Source of the DNA: Lophium mytilinum
Lineage: Eukaryota
Length of the DNA: 64,000 bases
Direction: 5' to 3'
NCBI GenBank assembly: GCA_010093605.1
Contig: MU004181.1
Coordinates: 620,001 to 684,000 of the forward strand
Under the pieces are notes generated by a model, which saw only the letters and a list, made by a program, of their open reading frames with translations, was not told where the DNA came from and did no database searches. Positions 26,374 to 39,458 of the stretch are shown here, one piece after another. Position numbers and translations under genes: made by a program. How positions within the stretch are numbered: the stretch's first letter is position 1; each line of letters opens with the position of its first letter.

Positions 26374-28314
26374 GACCACCAGACAAAGTGTGGTCGTTGC
26401 GACACTGCTCGCATGCAACAGATAAATCGTATTGGCTAATATGAGAATTGAAGAAGTGCACAGGGAAGCCCCGGGGTAAGTACATACATATCCACGGTCA
26501 CATCCTTATCTAGATAGGACTGAAGGACCCATGTGGTTGCGTGGGTCGATCATGATGGCGGCACAGGAACGGGGTGTGTTAGTTGCCGGGGGGAAGTCGG
26601 GATTGGGAGGACGATCGAGACCCGGCTATCTTTTAGCCCGCAAAGCTTGGTGCCAGGGAGGGCTCGAGGCTGTGAGGCGTGGAGCTTGAGGCTCACCAGC
26701 GAATGGGAACGCTACGCGCAGGCCGCTCCCGATGCTGTAACTGACTCCCGCACCATGAAGTGGCGCTGTGCCACAGTGCCACTAATGCGGGGGGTGAACT
26801 GCCGTGACGAAAGCTGAGTGAATGGCTATGGCAGGAATGAGCTGAGGAAGGGCGGCTTGAGAGGGCGCCTGAGCGGACATCAGGGTGAGAGCACGCACGT
26901 AGACAACAGGATACGAATTGCTGCGTCGTATGTATGTACATACTGCATGACTCGCAGCTTTGTTCAACGCCTTCACGCCCTGACAGTGAGGCTTCCTGTT
27001 TCGCCTACAGTGAAATGCAGTGCTGAGGCATAGCCGCGAGTTAGCAACCATATCCTGCATGTCCAAGGGGTCCCATCGCCCAGGCGCCCATCGCCTATCG
27101 CCTAGCGCAGCTCTAGCGTCCGTGGGTGGATGTCCCGGACTCCCGGCCCAGCTGATCTCTGCCGCGGCACATCAGGCGGCCCGTGGAGCGTTCGTGCGTT
27201 GCAAATCGATAGGTGCCCTGTTGGGATGATTGGGGAGACGCATGAGGTTCACTTCTTCGCCTGTCTTCGCTTCCCTACCCCAGATCACCACAACATCTTC
27301 CCGGGGACTTCTCCGAGCCTGAACCAGCCGAGCACAGGCGGCCGAAGTATAATGCGGCATCCGCGTACTCCTGGTACCCTCGTGGGAGTGGGAGGCATTG
27401 CTGATTCGACGTTCACGCTGTTCCAGCAGCGCCATCGCGAGTTATCAGTAGCCCTTGACACACCTCCATCGAAAAGGGCGAGCCAGTCAATTGTATGATG
27501 ACGTTCGAAACATCAGATGAGTACCACATCACTTATTCCCTTCTCCTTGAACCCCTCCCCATGCATCAGCCCATGAACCAAGGCGGCCCCAACTACGCTC
27601 ATGGTCTCGTCTCCCGACTTCCTTCGCAGGCTCATCGGCACTGGCACGCCGACCAAGCGGAATTTGGGTTGGCCGCTTCAGGGGAGTCCGGGGGGAGTGT
27701 GGGGGTTCAGGTGATGGGAGGTGGTATTTCAGGGTTCTGCTTTTGGAGTAGATAGTAGTGGGTAATTTGATGAGCATTTATGGCTGTACAGTTTGAACGC
27801 TCTGAGGTTTGAAGTGAATTCGCGTTTGAGGAGGAGCGAAACACTCAGAAGGCCCGAAGCAGCTTTGCCAACCCCAAGAAATGCCAACACATGCTCGAAA
27901 GTGAGCACTAAATTCGCTCAGTAGTAATTAGTACATGGGTAGTACCTTGATTATGCCGATACCCAACCTATGCCTCCCAACTGCTTGAGCCTGTTAAACA
28001 AACGGTATACCTAACTATTTTCGAAAGCTCGTACGTACGATGGTATTTGACAAGGCATGGTAGATGAAAGCGTAATTTATAGAGATGGAAAAGGGTTCAA
28101 GCGGTTGTTGATGATGGATTGATGGATGGTGTTGAGTGACTTAGTGGCGACTGTTGCCAAGCAGGGCGCAGCATCGCGCCGTTTCGGGGGAGTTGAGATC
28201 TGCCACGACGTCTCCAAAACACCTGGGCGTACATCATGATGGATCTCCCTCCCTGTATCTACTTCCTGCTGACATTGTTCTCCGCAATGCTAGCTGACGA
28301 CTTCGAATTCAAGA

Positions 28315-29812
28315 ATGCCACAGCGGATGGCAGCATTCGAGGCGCTGCGCGGTTCCGGAGACTCACCAGGCCAGTATGAGAAGCCCACGATGGATACGCA
28401 CACAGAATCAACACCGGACTCCACTGTCCATTCAAGACATTCAAGACCTACCCCACGCTGGAAGTTCATCCTCGTAGGAATTTCTCCGACCATCTCCTTT
28501 GCAGGTGTCCTCGCCCTCGCAATCTGCGCCGAAAGTGCATCGCAACTTATTCTCCTCCAACGCGACTGCTATCCCAATGGCATGTGGAGCCATACCCCCG
28601 GAGCCACCTGGAGAATTATGGACTCATCCTACTTCTTCGTGCCCAACCTTGCGTTCGGAGAGTACAGCTTCAACGTCGTCAAGGTCATCGACATCACCTG
28701 GGACGTACTGGTGGGACGAGGTGGTCAACTGCTCCTGGGATATGTCACCTATCGCGTCTTTAACGAGTCCATGGTGTACTGGATGGAGTCTATCCCGGCA
28801 TCATTTAAACTCTTCGCGTCGGTCGCATTCGCACCTACGTCTTTGGGAACTCTCGGCGTGTTGGGTAAAGAGACCTTGGCCCAAACTCTCGCACTGGGTG
28901 CCAGTCCTTGGAAACGGCTCTTCAGGTGGCTCACAATTCTGAGCATGCTACTGGCTTGCCTCTACGTAATGGCTTTCCCGACGCTAATGGGTGCCATGAC
29001 TGGGTATACGCCAACATACGACCCATACATCCAAGACCCCTCAAAGAACCTTATCGAGTATAGCAAATACAACGAAGTGCTGATTGTCGTGAACGATGCG
29101 ACTCGTCTTGGCTATACAAAACCCCTTCTGCTTAGTGAAGATGACGACGATTTGCGCAATGAACTTCTAAACTGTAAGTTAGCAGCAGTCCGCCACGCAA
29201 ACTCAATACTGATTCTTCTGCGTAGATATATACGAAAACAATCTTTATCATGACAGCCCACGAGACATCAAAACAAACATCACGATTGACGGCATAATTG
29301 AATACCTTTCCCCGCCCTCCCTAAATATCACCATGCCCCGATACGAGAACGAGAACGAAAGGCTGTTTAATTACGAAGGCATCCAAGGAAACGCATACAC
29401 CTGGAAATACATGCTTGAGCACGGCTCGTGTCAGCCTGGAACCTCGTACCAGTGGGGCTTCTCCTACATTTTCTTGTTCATGATATCCATCTTCAATTGC
29501 GTCTGGAGCGCCATACTGGCTGGGATGTGGATAGATACCGCTCGGAAAAGCCGCATGTACAAGGCCGGTCACCGGCCAGGGCTGCTTCGCTCCGTCATGG
29601 ATCTCTCGTATGCGATCCGAGAAGAGTTGGGAGCAAAGGCGCAGGACTTCTCAGAGGAAGAGCTCAAGACGCATCTGAGAGAGAGTGATGGGGCTATGGT
29701 AGTACCCAGTCACGAGTTGCGCGTAGCCAGGGACTACACTATTGATTTCAAGACCGAGCAGAACCATAGAAGGCGGGGATGGAGTCGAATTCGTGCCGGG
29801 TCATCCTTCTAG
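28315..29812 (+). CDS. Multi-pass membrane protein of unknown function (start codon uncertain)
   Basis: Two ORFs joined in frame by GT-AG intron ~29174-29225; several TM segments; KVIDITWDVLVGRGGQ and YQWGFS segments. Confidence 0.8.
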
Positions 29813-30165
29813 AATAATCCCATCCCGTCAATATCTTCTCCCTTCCCCTGAGGTCGTACATACTTCGTGCATGGTGGGATCGTTTCCTTTCGCGCAACCC
29901 GTCGAAGGCAAACCTTCGGAGCATCGGAGAAAGTTCCCAATCCTGCCCCTGCTTTCTCTCTGGAAACCGTCCAAATCTACTCGACTACTCCCCTATCCCC
30001 AAATCGGACGTGAGTGCGCTTCATCTTGGCCTAGTCATAACGCTGTCGGGAGGCCCCTCACTATCCAACATGCACGCCAAGCCGCTGGCACAGATCATCT
30101 CATTCAGCTAGGATGGACTCGAACGATTTTCCCAGGCAGATTCAAATAGGTATAGCCACGACTGT

Positions 30166-33100
30166 CACGTGTCGCTTAACCCTTTGGCTTCCGTGTCTTG
30201 GTGGTAGGTATATAATCTCTTCAACGCCGGGCATTCTTTCTCCAGGATACACAGAGACCATGACTGAGTGGACTGCGCAAAATTGCGGGCAGGAGAAGCC
30301 AGTGGTGTTTGCAGCAGTGCAAAAGGTGCACGGTGTGGCGGCGATGGAGTAGCAGCATTTCTCCGCTTTTGAAGCCTATCGTCGTCGTCCCTGAGTGCTC
30401 CTCCTGCTCATAGTTTTATGCTGATCATTCGCATCGTCTTTCAAACAGCATGCTAGACATCGCGTTTGCTAGGATATTTCCTTCATCACCGAGTCAAAAC
30501 ATTGATCATTATCAACTAACGTAATTCCAATCCTTCGACAAAACAACTCCATAGGCTTGAGGAAGTGTAGATTTTGATTACCAAAACTCAAACACCGTTT
30601 GCGGCTTGGCCTTGCAGCAATTTGATCTCCTCCACCGAACTTCATTGGACGTACTCCTCGTTCAGTTCTCAACCCCGCAGCCATTGACTGACTGATGGTC
30701 CATGTTTGCAAAATGAACTCCGTTTGCTCCTACCCCGTCTCCTTGCGAGACCCACGAGGAAAGAGCAGTCTCGGGCGTTCGAACGAAAGATCTGATACCC
30801 TCCTCCGAGAACGTCACGTGAGTGTCGTGACGCAGTACTCTCTTCCGAACGCGGATAGACAGTGCGAGGTCAAGTTAGGCACGTGACAAGGCGAGGTTGG
30901 GCGGAGGGGGGTATAAAATCGACTCCTCGCCGCAAAAGATCTTTCTTTGCATGAGCGGGCAGTTGGGGTGTGCGAGCAACACCACACTGGCATCTACCAT
31001 GGAAATTGTGGGTGCAAAAGGTGAATGAAGAACACACATGTTCTTGGGATCAACAACTTCCTTCCGAACACGCAATGGTGTGTTGTTCGAAAATACAATG
31101 GGTAGGACCAGCATGGAGACCGGGGCCGCTGATCGAACATCATCTCTTCATCGCTGGTGTTGAGGATTAATTATCTGTTGCATGTCTTGAAATTAAAGAT
31201 CCTAGAGGGAGTCTGCGGAGCATTACATAAATTCGCTCGTCAAGATCATCGGTATCGCGAATCAAATGGGATGATCACCAGCCGACGTACGAAACCACCT
31301 GCACGCAAGAACTTCCGCCGCACATCAGCCTCCCATAGGATCTCCACGAGCCATATTTTGATCCGCACCCGCCACCATTGGGTCGCTGCGGATTCCAAGT
31401 TGATTTGGGCTCCACTCCCACCGCAGCATAAGCGTAGATGATGCACGGTTCTATTTCCACCCCCATCTGCTCCATGCCACCAATGGAGAGAACAAACCCA
31501 GCGCTTGGTCGATGGAAATATACTCCCTTTCAGCTCTATGTCACGTGAGACTGGTGACCTAGCACCTCTACACCGCTCTACACCGCATTGCACAAGGTCG
31601 AACGGCAAGAATGCCTCTCACGTGAGGCGGTAATACCCTCACTATAAGATCTCCATGTCATCCCTGGACACTGTCATCTTATCAGCGGAGGCGCTGGGTT
31701 CGCAAAACATTCCGGCTTTGCTCTGTACTATGTTTTGGACTGCTCCGTGGCCTAGGACGGACAATAGACAGGTAGTCAACCATCCGGAGCAACTGGCAAG
31801 GGATATCGTGGCGGGTATGTCACACGTGCAGCTCGTCGCCTGTCTGGTGGGACATACCGTTTCTCATGATTGATGGTGTTGTATACTTCGCCGTTTCATC
31901 CATATTCTGCAGCATCCTATAAGGCTCCTTATCATCACCATCCCATCAACTCGAAGCGGGCCCACCACTCCAGCGAACCCACTCCATGACGTGTCTGTTC
32001 ATTCTCATTTGATCCCCCCACCACCTCCATGGCCGGCCTACGCCGAATGTTTCTGTTTCTTCCTTCCTCCGACCAGCACCAACATGCTAATCTTCTCCGG
32101 AATGGATTTTACTCCCTCCCTCGTCTCCTTGCAAGACCATGAAGAAACGGAAATCCGGAGGCTGAGTTAGAAGTTTTATAGCAGAGAAAGAGGGGATGTC
32201 ACGTGTCCCACGTGGTCATTAGGGTACTCCCATGTCGTCGCATCGGAGCTGCGTGGTAGATGCGTGCTGCGAGAGCGGTGAGGAGGACATGTGAGACGCG
32301 TGACCCCCAAGTCCGAGCTTGGATTTGGGGTATAAGATCTTCTCTCGCTGCTGAGAAAGTTGGCTTTTTCCTTCATGGGTTGAGGAGGGAGTTGGGGTTG
32401 CAAAACCGAAGGACGAAGCAGTGCATGGAGGGTGTGGGTACAAACAGGTGGTAGCAGATTACCATGGCCTGGGGAAAACATAATGGTGCTCTCACCTTTG
32501 ATGGTGTGTCGCTCGGGAAAACTGGAGCAAAAGGTCGCAGCGATGCGGCCAGCATGAGATTTGCAGCGCTCTTATGTGGGTGCAATTTGAAGAGGGGGTA
32601 CCCAATGGCGGCGGGAGATTACTTGGCAGTGATCTTACGGTTGGGTTGATGATGTACGTCTTTGAGTAGAAAGCATGATAGTAAAAGTGACGGAACAGGG
32701 CTGCGCATTGAACATTAAAGGTAGAAATACAGGAGAGTGGCAGGGAAAGGAGATGAAGAGCAGCATCACATCCCAGAGGAACCCCACTCCACCCCCAAAT
32801 CCATATGAGGATCACGACGGTTGTGTTGAACACACTCTCCATCCAGTTCCCTTGAGCTATTGACAGCGAGATCCTCCATGAGGCGGATCATGAGGTGCTT
32901 TTGATCCCTCCCCATCGACGCGTCTTCGATGTCCATTTTGATGGCAATCCCGAGACCTTGCTCCAAATCGAGAAAACCCTCGTTGAAGAAAGGACTTTTA
33001 TACTGAAGATGGAACAGTGGCACGTGATACGCACGTGATAACATCGTGCTTTCAAGAACTTCGCAACATCCTGAGGCGGCTAAGGTTGAATTACACCCTC

Positions 33101-33319
33101 CAAAAGAGAAGCACAAGAATATCCGATTTACAGCGGCCTGTAAAACAAGGAACCGGCAAGTCATTTTCTAGGGCCCAGAGCACAGTGTCAAGAATGTGAC
33201 ATCCTATGATTCAAAAGTTCACAACGTCCTGGGGCGCCTGGAACTGTATCAACGCCTCCAAAACAGTCGTGTGTTATTTCCTAGGGTCTAATTCACGGTG
33301 TTAGGAGCATGAGCACGTG
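30166..33319 (+). repeat. Degenerate ~700-bp periodic array with CACGTG and TATA-like motifs
   Basis: TATA(T/A)(A/G)ATC at 30209, 30912, 31643 and 32331; 11 CACGTG sites; patchy similarity between units. Confidence 0.6.
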
Positions 33320-33690
33320 ACTTGGAGCACAGGAAGAGGTTTCGTCTCGCCTAAACTTTAGGGACTTTTGAGATACTTTAACACTCTTCAAGAGTTCTGT
33401 TGATAGGCGAAGCCCTCCAGAGCTTGACCAGACAAGTTTCGAAAGCTCATAGACGGCCTCTGTGCGAAGCGCTTCAACACATCACCATAAATCCGAAAGA
33501 AATGAGAAAGCCAATTTGCCCAAGAACGCTGTACGATATGAGTTTTGGAGAAGAAGGGAGAGTTGGATCCTGTCTATTCCAGATGAAACGAAGCGACGCA
33601 TTGGCATCAGCCTGGAACTTCGCGAGGGATATATCATGAACCGATATCAACCGATCAGTTTCCATGTCCTCCTATTTGCCCAGCCGCTTT

Positions 33691-34812
33691 TTACTCCTCC
33701 TTGAACTCCTCCACAAGCCGGATACTATCATGATCCAACATCGCCGCCAAATACCTCTCCGTCATCGCATCTACCCTCGCCTTACTCTGCATCATCGGCG
33801 CCGTCATCGCCCAAACGAACCCATGCACATGCTGCTTCTGATAATCAAACCAAACATCCTCCACCGAGAGCTTCGGCCCACCGCTCTTATGCAGCGCATT
33901 CAAGTACCCCTGTACAAGCTCCTTCTCATGCTTACGCCTATCCTCCACCGTCAGCGCACCGCCAATGAAATACGACAAATCATCAATCGCACTCCCAATC
34001 GACGGCGCCTGGAAATCAATCAAACCAGGCTGCCCCTCAGGCGAAATATACGTGTTCCCGAGATGCCCATCACCATGCGTCATGCACCTAAACTTCAGGT
34101 TCTCAGTCCGCCACATCTTGAGAAACGCAGCGTACATGCGCTCGCGATCCAGAATCTCCTCCGGGACCCCGGCCGGGCGGAAGTCGGTGTAGAACTGCGC
34201 CTGCCAGTACTCCGGGCTGAAGAGGCTCTGTGCGACGGTTTTGAGGATGTTGCCGTCGCCGATCCAGGGGTAGTCGGCAACCGTCTTGCCCCACGTCAGC
34301 GCATGCAAGCCCGCGAGCTGTTCGAGGCCGCCTGCGACGAGCTCGGGCGTCCATGGCTCGGTGATCTCGCCGAATTTGTAGTTCGCGGCGTCTAGATCCT
34401 CGAAGATGACGATGCCTTGGCCGTTGACGGTGTCGGTGCTAGCGTGCAGAGCGCGGGGCACGAGGAAGTTGCGGGCGTGCAGTTCGGGGGCGATGTAGGC
34501 GAAGAACTCGGCTTCGCGACGGTAGGCGGAGTCGAGACCTAGTGCGCGCATGTTGGCGTCGAAGCCGCCCTTCACGCAGATGCTGTTTGGGAGCTTTAGT
34601 TTCTCGGCGGCGGCGGGGTCTGCGTACGTCACGTCGAGGAGGTATTTGGTTGCTGTGCCTGCCATCGTTTTCGTGACTTCGGCTTTGGTTATCTCGACGC
34701 CTAGGGCCTCGGAGAGCCATGCTGGGGTGATCTCGGCGACATCTAGGGGTAGAGCCTTGCTAATGTTGAGGGTAATTACTGCCGGGGGGTGGGGAGAGAC
34801 TAATTTGGTCAT
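33691..34812 (-). CDS. Aminoglycoside-phosphotransferase/choline-kinase-like (EcKinase-like) phosphotransferase
   Basis: Intronless 373-aa ORF; VKG lysine, REAEFF, FEDL, Brenner-type HGDGHLGN and DFQ motifs. Confidence 0.88.
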   Translation of the reverse strand: MTKLVSPHPPAVITLNISKALPLDVAEITPAWLSEALGVEITKAEVTKTMAGTATKYLLDVTYADPAAAEKLKLPNSICVKGGFDANMRALGLDSAYRREAEFFAYIAPELHARNFLVPRALHASTDTVNGQGIVIFEDLDAANYKFGEITEPWTPELVAGGLEQLAGLHALTWGKTVADYPWIGDGNILKTVAQSLFSPEYWQAQFYTDFRPAGVPEEILDRERMYAAFLKMWRTENLKFRCMTHGDGHLGNTYISPEGQPGLIDFQAPSIGSAIDDLSYFIGGALTVEDRRKHEKELVQGYLNALHKSGGPKLSVEDVWFDYQKQHVHGFVWAMTAPMMQSKARVDAMTERYLAAMLDHDSIRLVEEFKEE

Positions 34813-35565
34813 CTTCGATGCTTGTGCGTGGTATTGTAGGACGTTAAAAGTGTGGGGATATACTACTTAACGTTAGTTATGCTGCCCACTAGAGGTAAGG
34901 GTTCGGTAGATAGAGCTATGACAGGTCCTAGCTTCATTTTCCGGGGGAGAAGAAAAGTGGTCCGGGGCTGGTACCTAGGTGCAAAAGCGAAGTTGATATA
35001 TGAGAAACGAAAAGAAAGAAACGAAAAGAGTTGCCTGACAGCTTTTAAAAGAAACAGCAGGTCCGAAACGAGGGAGCTGCTTAACCGTTACGAGAACATT
35101 GCGCCGACAGCACAGATAACTTGTCCTCTTGGGGGTGTCCAGCGCTCTGGGCGAGCCAGGTGCAACCTGGACGGTGATCTTTGCGTGCGCGAACTGTTCA
35201 ACGGGGGCGGCTTCGATGCGGGCCGGTCCCGAATCCTGGAGGAGAGGTTAAGTGCGGCGATGGTTCTGGTCCCGGATCCCGGATGAAAATAGAAATGATT
35301 TCCAGATGCATTCAATAAACAAGAAGATGAAATGGAATGAGTACAATGTAGATGGGCGCGAGTCAGATGGAACATAGTGTGAAACTATAGCAGCATGTCC
35401 CTTGTCAGGGGACAACCAACCCAAGGGATTTTCAGCGTCGGTTCGGCGTAGACTGTGGACGTCTGTAGGCCTCCCTGGGACAACATCGTAGCGAGGTGGA
35501 TCGTACGATTGATGAGGCAATTCTAGATGAACCGTCGCAAAGGGTCGGTGGGGGCTCCCCCGTCG

Positions 35566-35892
35566 TTATGTATATGGCCTCATCATAAACATGATTGCGG
35601 CGGTGTATTGAATGCAAAGAAGAGGAGGAGCAGGTGTTTCGTCCGGTGTCGTTGAGGAAAGCTTACAGCATGTGGATGCGTCCCGTGGTCTAGCGTGAAA
35701 ATCAAGCCGCCACGGAGAAGGGAGCCCCGCGGCAATGCTGATGCCCGCACCGCTCATCACAACCCACCGTCTCGACTTTCCAACCAAAGCTGCAATAGTT
35801 TGGTCGTCTTGCCAGTCCTGAACGGGCTAGTTCGCCGGCGGCTCCACTGGGGAAGGAACTAGGGAGGGATCCGGAGGGTAAGTGGTGGCCAT
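35566..35892 (-). pseudogene. Sirtuin (Sir2-family) N-terminal fragment with in-frame stop
   Basis: IAALVGKSRRWVVMSGAGISIAAGLP resembles the sirtuin NAD-binding GAGISxxxG(I/L)P motif. TAG at 35829-35827; downstream sirtuin motifs not found. Confidence 0.5.
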
Positions 35893-35994
35893 GGCGCATA
35901 GTCTGCGGATGGATAACGAAAAAAACACAGTAAACATGGGGAGGAGGACCACGTATAGGACTTGACGACTGCGGAGTTTCAAGAACCCAAGGCC

Positions 35995-36150
35995 TGTGTC
36001 AAATTTCAAGCAGTGCTAATTAGGCTGTCCATTAATTGACTAGATACTACTGAACAGCCGAGCTACCCCTTACAGTGGTGTTGAGTGAGCAGGAACTAAG
36101 CCAAGCAGAAACAAATCCGAGGGCTTAGAGTTATGACAGCGTACTGTATG
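35995..36150 (+). repeat. Dispersed degenerate repeat, copy A (core CCCCTTACAGTGGT)
   Basis: Related copies at ~47440-47580, ~49575-49655, ~49725-49860 and ~62372-62520. Confidence 0.7.
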
Positions 36151-36328
36151 TTTATCAAAATCTAAACGTTAGTACCGTGTTAGTATTTGTGTCACTTCAG
36201 AGTGTTCGAAGGTAGGAATTATTAGAGCACTTTTACTGTAAAAGCGTTACTATGTAGCCCGTGGGGTCAGATGAGGCAGCGCTGAGCTGCTATGAGTACA
36301 GATGTCTCCTATATGACATCGCGGTAAT

Positions 36329-37506
36329 CTAAATCTTTGTTTCTCTCGGCCTGTGTCTCACAGCGCCCCAGTTCGACAGCGTTGCTCCGCCATCAATCTC
36401 GAACACACCGCCAGTCATGTGCGCGCCGCCAGCACTGCTCAAGAAGAGAATCAAACCCGCAAGATCCTCTGGCTTGCCCCATCGGCCGGAAGGTTGACCG
36501 ACGAGCAGGTTTTCGGCGTGGTTTTTGAGTCCAAAATCAGTCATTCGGGACGGGAAAACGCCGCTAGGATTGTCAGCTGCGAGTCTGAACAAAACATCTC
36601 GGAAATACGTACGGGCACACGCAGTTCACGGTAATGTGCTGTGGCATCAATTTTGATGCCGTGACTTTCGACAAATGTATGCATGCCGCCTTTGAAGGAC
36701 CATCTAGTTCACTATGTTAGTAGATTGATCATTGATTTGATCGGATGTATACATACAGCTGTACGTCCCGTTCCCAGGCGCAGCAAGTCCACCATCTGCA
36801 GATGTAACGTCAACGGTAGAGATGCCAGCCATCGATGCGATGTTAATGACACGGGAAGGGTTGTCAGCAGTTGCGCCTTTCAGCAGCAGCGGTTCTAAGC
36901 CGGCGGTTGCTAGAAAGGGTCAGTGAAAATCAGAGCAGTTGAGACGTAAACGCATACTATAGAACATGGCTTTGACGTTCAAAGCGTAGACCTTGTCCCA
37001 GCCACCTTCCGGGAAATCGTGGTATGGGGCTCCCCTACATATCCGATCGGTCAGATCACGTGATCGGAATGACGAAAAGATAATGATTGAAAGATAATGG
37101 TATACCATGAAGCTCCGGAGTTGTTCATAAGAACAGTTATCCGGTCCGTCATCTTCTTCACTTCAGCGACAAGCGCATCGCAGCCGGCTTTGTCTTTGAG
37201 ATCTGCAACGACGATATCACATTTTCCGGGGCCTAGGGCGTTCAACCTGGCGGCAGTCTAGTGTATAGTGAGTAAAGTAGTCGCTCGTAAGAAAATCAAA
37301 GAATAAGATAGGCATGCAGAATAAAAATGATGACCTACCTTCTCAAGTTCCGAGCGCTTCCTACTCGCGATTATTACTCTGGCACCGTTCTGGACAAAAC
37401 CCTGTGCAGCCATCTCACCCAGTCCAGTCGCGCCGCCAGTCACGAGAGCTACATGGTTGCTGAAGTCGAAGAGCTTTGGCACGGAGAGATTGGCTTCGGA
37501 CGTCAT
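36329..37506 (-). CDS. Short-chain dehydrogenase/reductase (RhlG/FabG-like)
   Basis: VALVTGGATGLG, NNSG, LNVKAMFY, GVFPSRMT, GRWGKPED and IDGG motifs spread over several GT-AG-separated exons. Confidence 0.88.
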
Positions 37507-37799
37507 GACGCAGTAGTAGGTGTTAGAGAGCGAGGGACAAGAGAGAGTTCTCAAAATACTGAATATGTGGAATATAAAATCACTGTTCTCTGGGGCATTG
37601 ATGGTTTTGTGCCCATCGACTTGGTCATAGCGACTCGAAGCGGAGAGCGGGGCGTCTAGGGAAAGAGGAGAGATGCCTCGGTGGTGAGAGTAGCTCGGCT
37701 CACAAGAAGGGTGCGTTAATATGGAGACTTGCTAGCCGCATTGGACTAGCCACCTCCGTCACGGTCACGAACGTCGCTCCGAACACGAAGCCTCTATCC

Positions 37800-38820
37800 A
37801 TCGCGTCAATCCAACCCCGTCCTCAGATAACGACTCCGACTTGTTGTTCTCTGACACATATCGGACCCTGACACTGAGGCGGATACAGACATTGAGCCAG
37901 GTACTAGCGAAGATGATGGTCTTGTGTTGGATAAGACTACGAAGCCTGATCTGAACTCTGAAGCTGGAGAGATTATCAAGGACATTGCTCAACTAAGGGC
38001 GGAGGGGCCAGCAAAGCCAAATCATACAAAGTTTACAACGAAACTATAGAAAAGAGAAGGCGATTTTTGGGAGAATTGAGATCTATGCTACTCGCATGCG
38101 CCTTAACGTCGTGAGCTCTTAAATAGTGCACTTTGGGTACTACTTTAAGATCGAACCAAAAACTAAGAGACCTCTAGCGGAACAGCTACGCGCGTGCACA
38201 CTAGGGATATTTGAAGCGTATCTCTGCTGGCGGAAGAAACATTCCCGTATTAAGAAGGAAAGCGCGATGCGAAGCTATTGGAAAAGGCTAAGCATGTACT
38301 ACATAGATCTCACATGCCATGTACGTCCAGGATCTCTACGCCATACTATACACACTCTGGGTGGATGACATCAAACCCCTCCATGGCTTTATCCGAGTTC
38401 AGATATTGCTGCTTCTACAGCCTTTCTTTGCGTCCGGTGACCCAGCGCTAGACTGAGTCGATCCCGGTATAGCTCTTTTCCGGGTTAGTACAGAAGCAAC
38501 TCGAGGACTGGTTGGCTAGAAGGGTGCTATTACCCCCTAAAGGCGCTCGGAGCTGCTCCCTTATAAGGTAAGTTCGTGGCTTGGTATTAGAGAGTAACCA
38601 CCGGACGCAAAGAGAGGCTGTACTCCTCAGCGCCGCCACAGCGACGGGACCTGGAGCCATCGTCGAGAGTACAAGTGCTAAAGGCAGCAATAAGGCACTC
38701 TCATTTAAGAACATCGAACCTCTAAAGGTTCGCAGCGTTAGAGATCCCAGCTAGAGTACCATCGTGGCGAATGTTAACCTCGAGAACATGATAAATAAAA
38801 AGAAAGATGGAAAACCGTAA
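37800..38820 (+). pseudogene. DUF3435-like tyrosine recombinase relic (Starship captain-like), truncated and MITE-interrupted
   Basis: Acidic N-terminus; WRKKHSRIKKESAMRSYWKRLSMYY; DLYAILYTLWVDD..HGFIRVQILLL[MITE]LLSAATATGPGAIVES..KALSFKNIE. In-frame TAG stops. Family recognised from memory of motifs. Confidence 0.65.
38418..38620 (+). mobile_element. Tc1/mariner-type MITE (203 bp), copy 1
   Basis: 22-bp TIR CAGCCT(T/C)TCTTTGCGTCCGGTG with 1 mismatch; TA TSD at 38416-17 and 38621-22. Confidence 0.9.
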
Positions 38821-39458
38821 GTTAACTAGCCGTTAAGTTTGAACTTTGGGAGCGAGCCACCATCGCCGGCCTGCTCTTCAAGCTGATGCTAGACGACACA
38901 ACCCGAGTCAGGTATGTGAAGCCCTTCGCTAGGTCATCCCAAAAACAAGAGACGCAGCAGCCAAAAGCAAGAAAGTGAAAAAGTGAACAATTTGACGCAC
39001 CTAAGCACGGAAAAGTTGTAGAAATTCAGTCGCAGCAGCTGTTCCCAACCGTAGCACCTTACCCGATATATGGAGGTCCGAACAGATGTGAAAGGGCCAG
39101 CCCAGGCCTTTCTGGCTTCATTGCTGTGGAGCCTCATCGGTTCAGGGTCCACAAAGCAGATCCAAATCCAGGGGATTTGCCCTAGAAAGACCGCCGGGGC
39201 CCGAAATAGCACCCTTGTTCGGGCCTAAATTAGGCGAGGGCTGCCGTCTACTGTAGATAGTGTCGGAATTTCCGACACTATCTGCATTATGCTTGGCGGC
39301 TCAGGTGGCTGGCTGGACAAGGCCAGGCTTGGAGATCCAACACCTTCATGTATCGTTGTGACGCACGTGTATCGTTGTGGCGCGAGAGTGGGGCCGGGTT
39401 GGCGGTAGTCTGAACCGAGCTGAGGGTCTCGCTTCAGCTATTCAGTGTGCCAGAAGTA

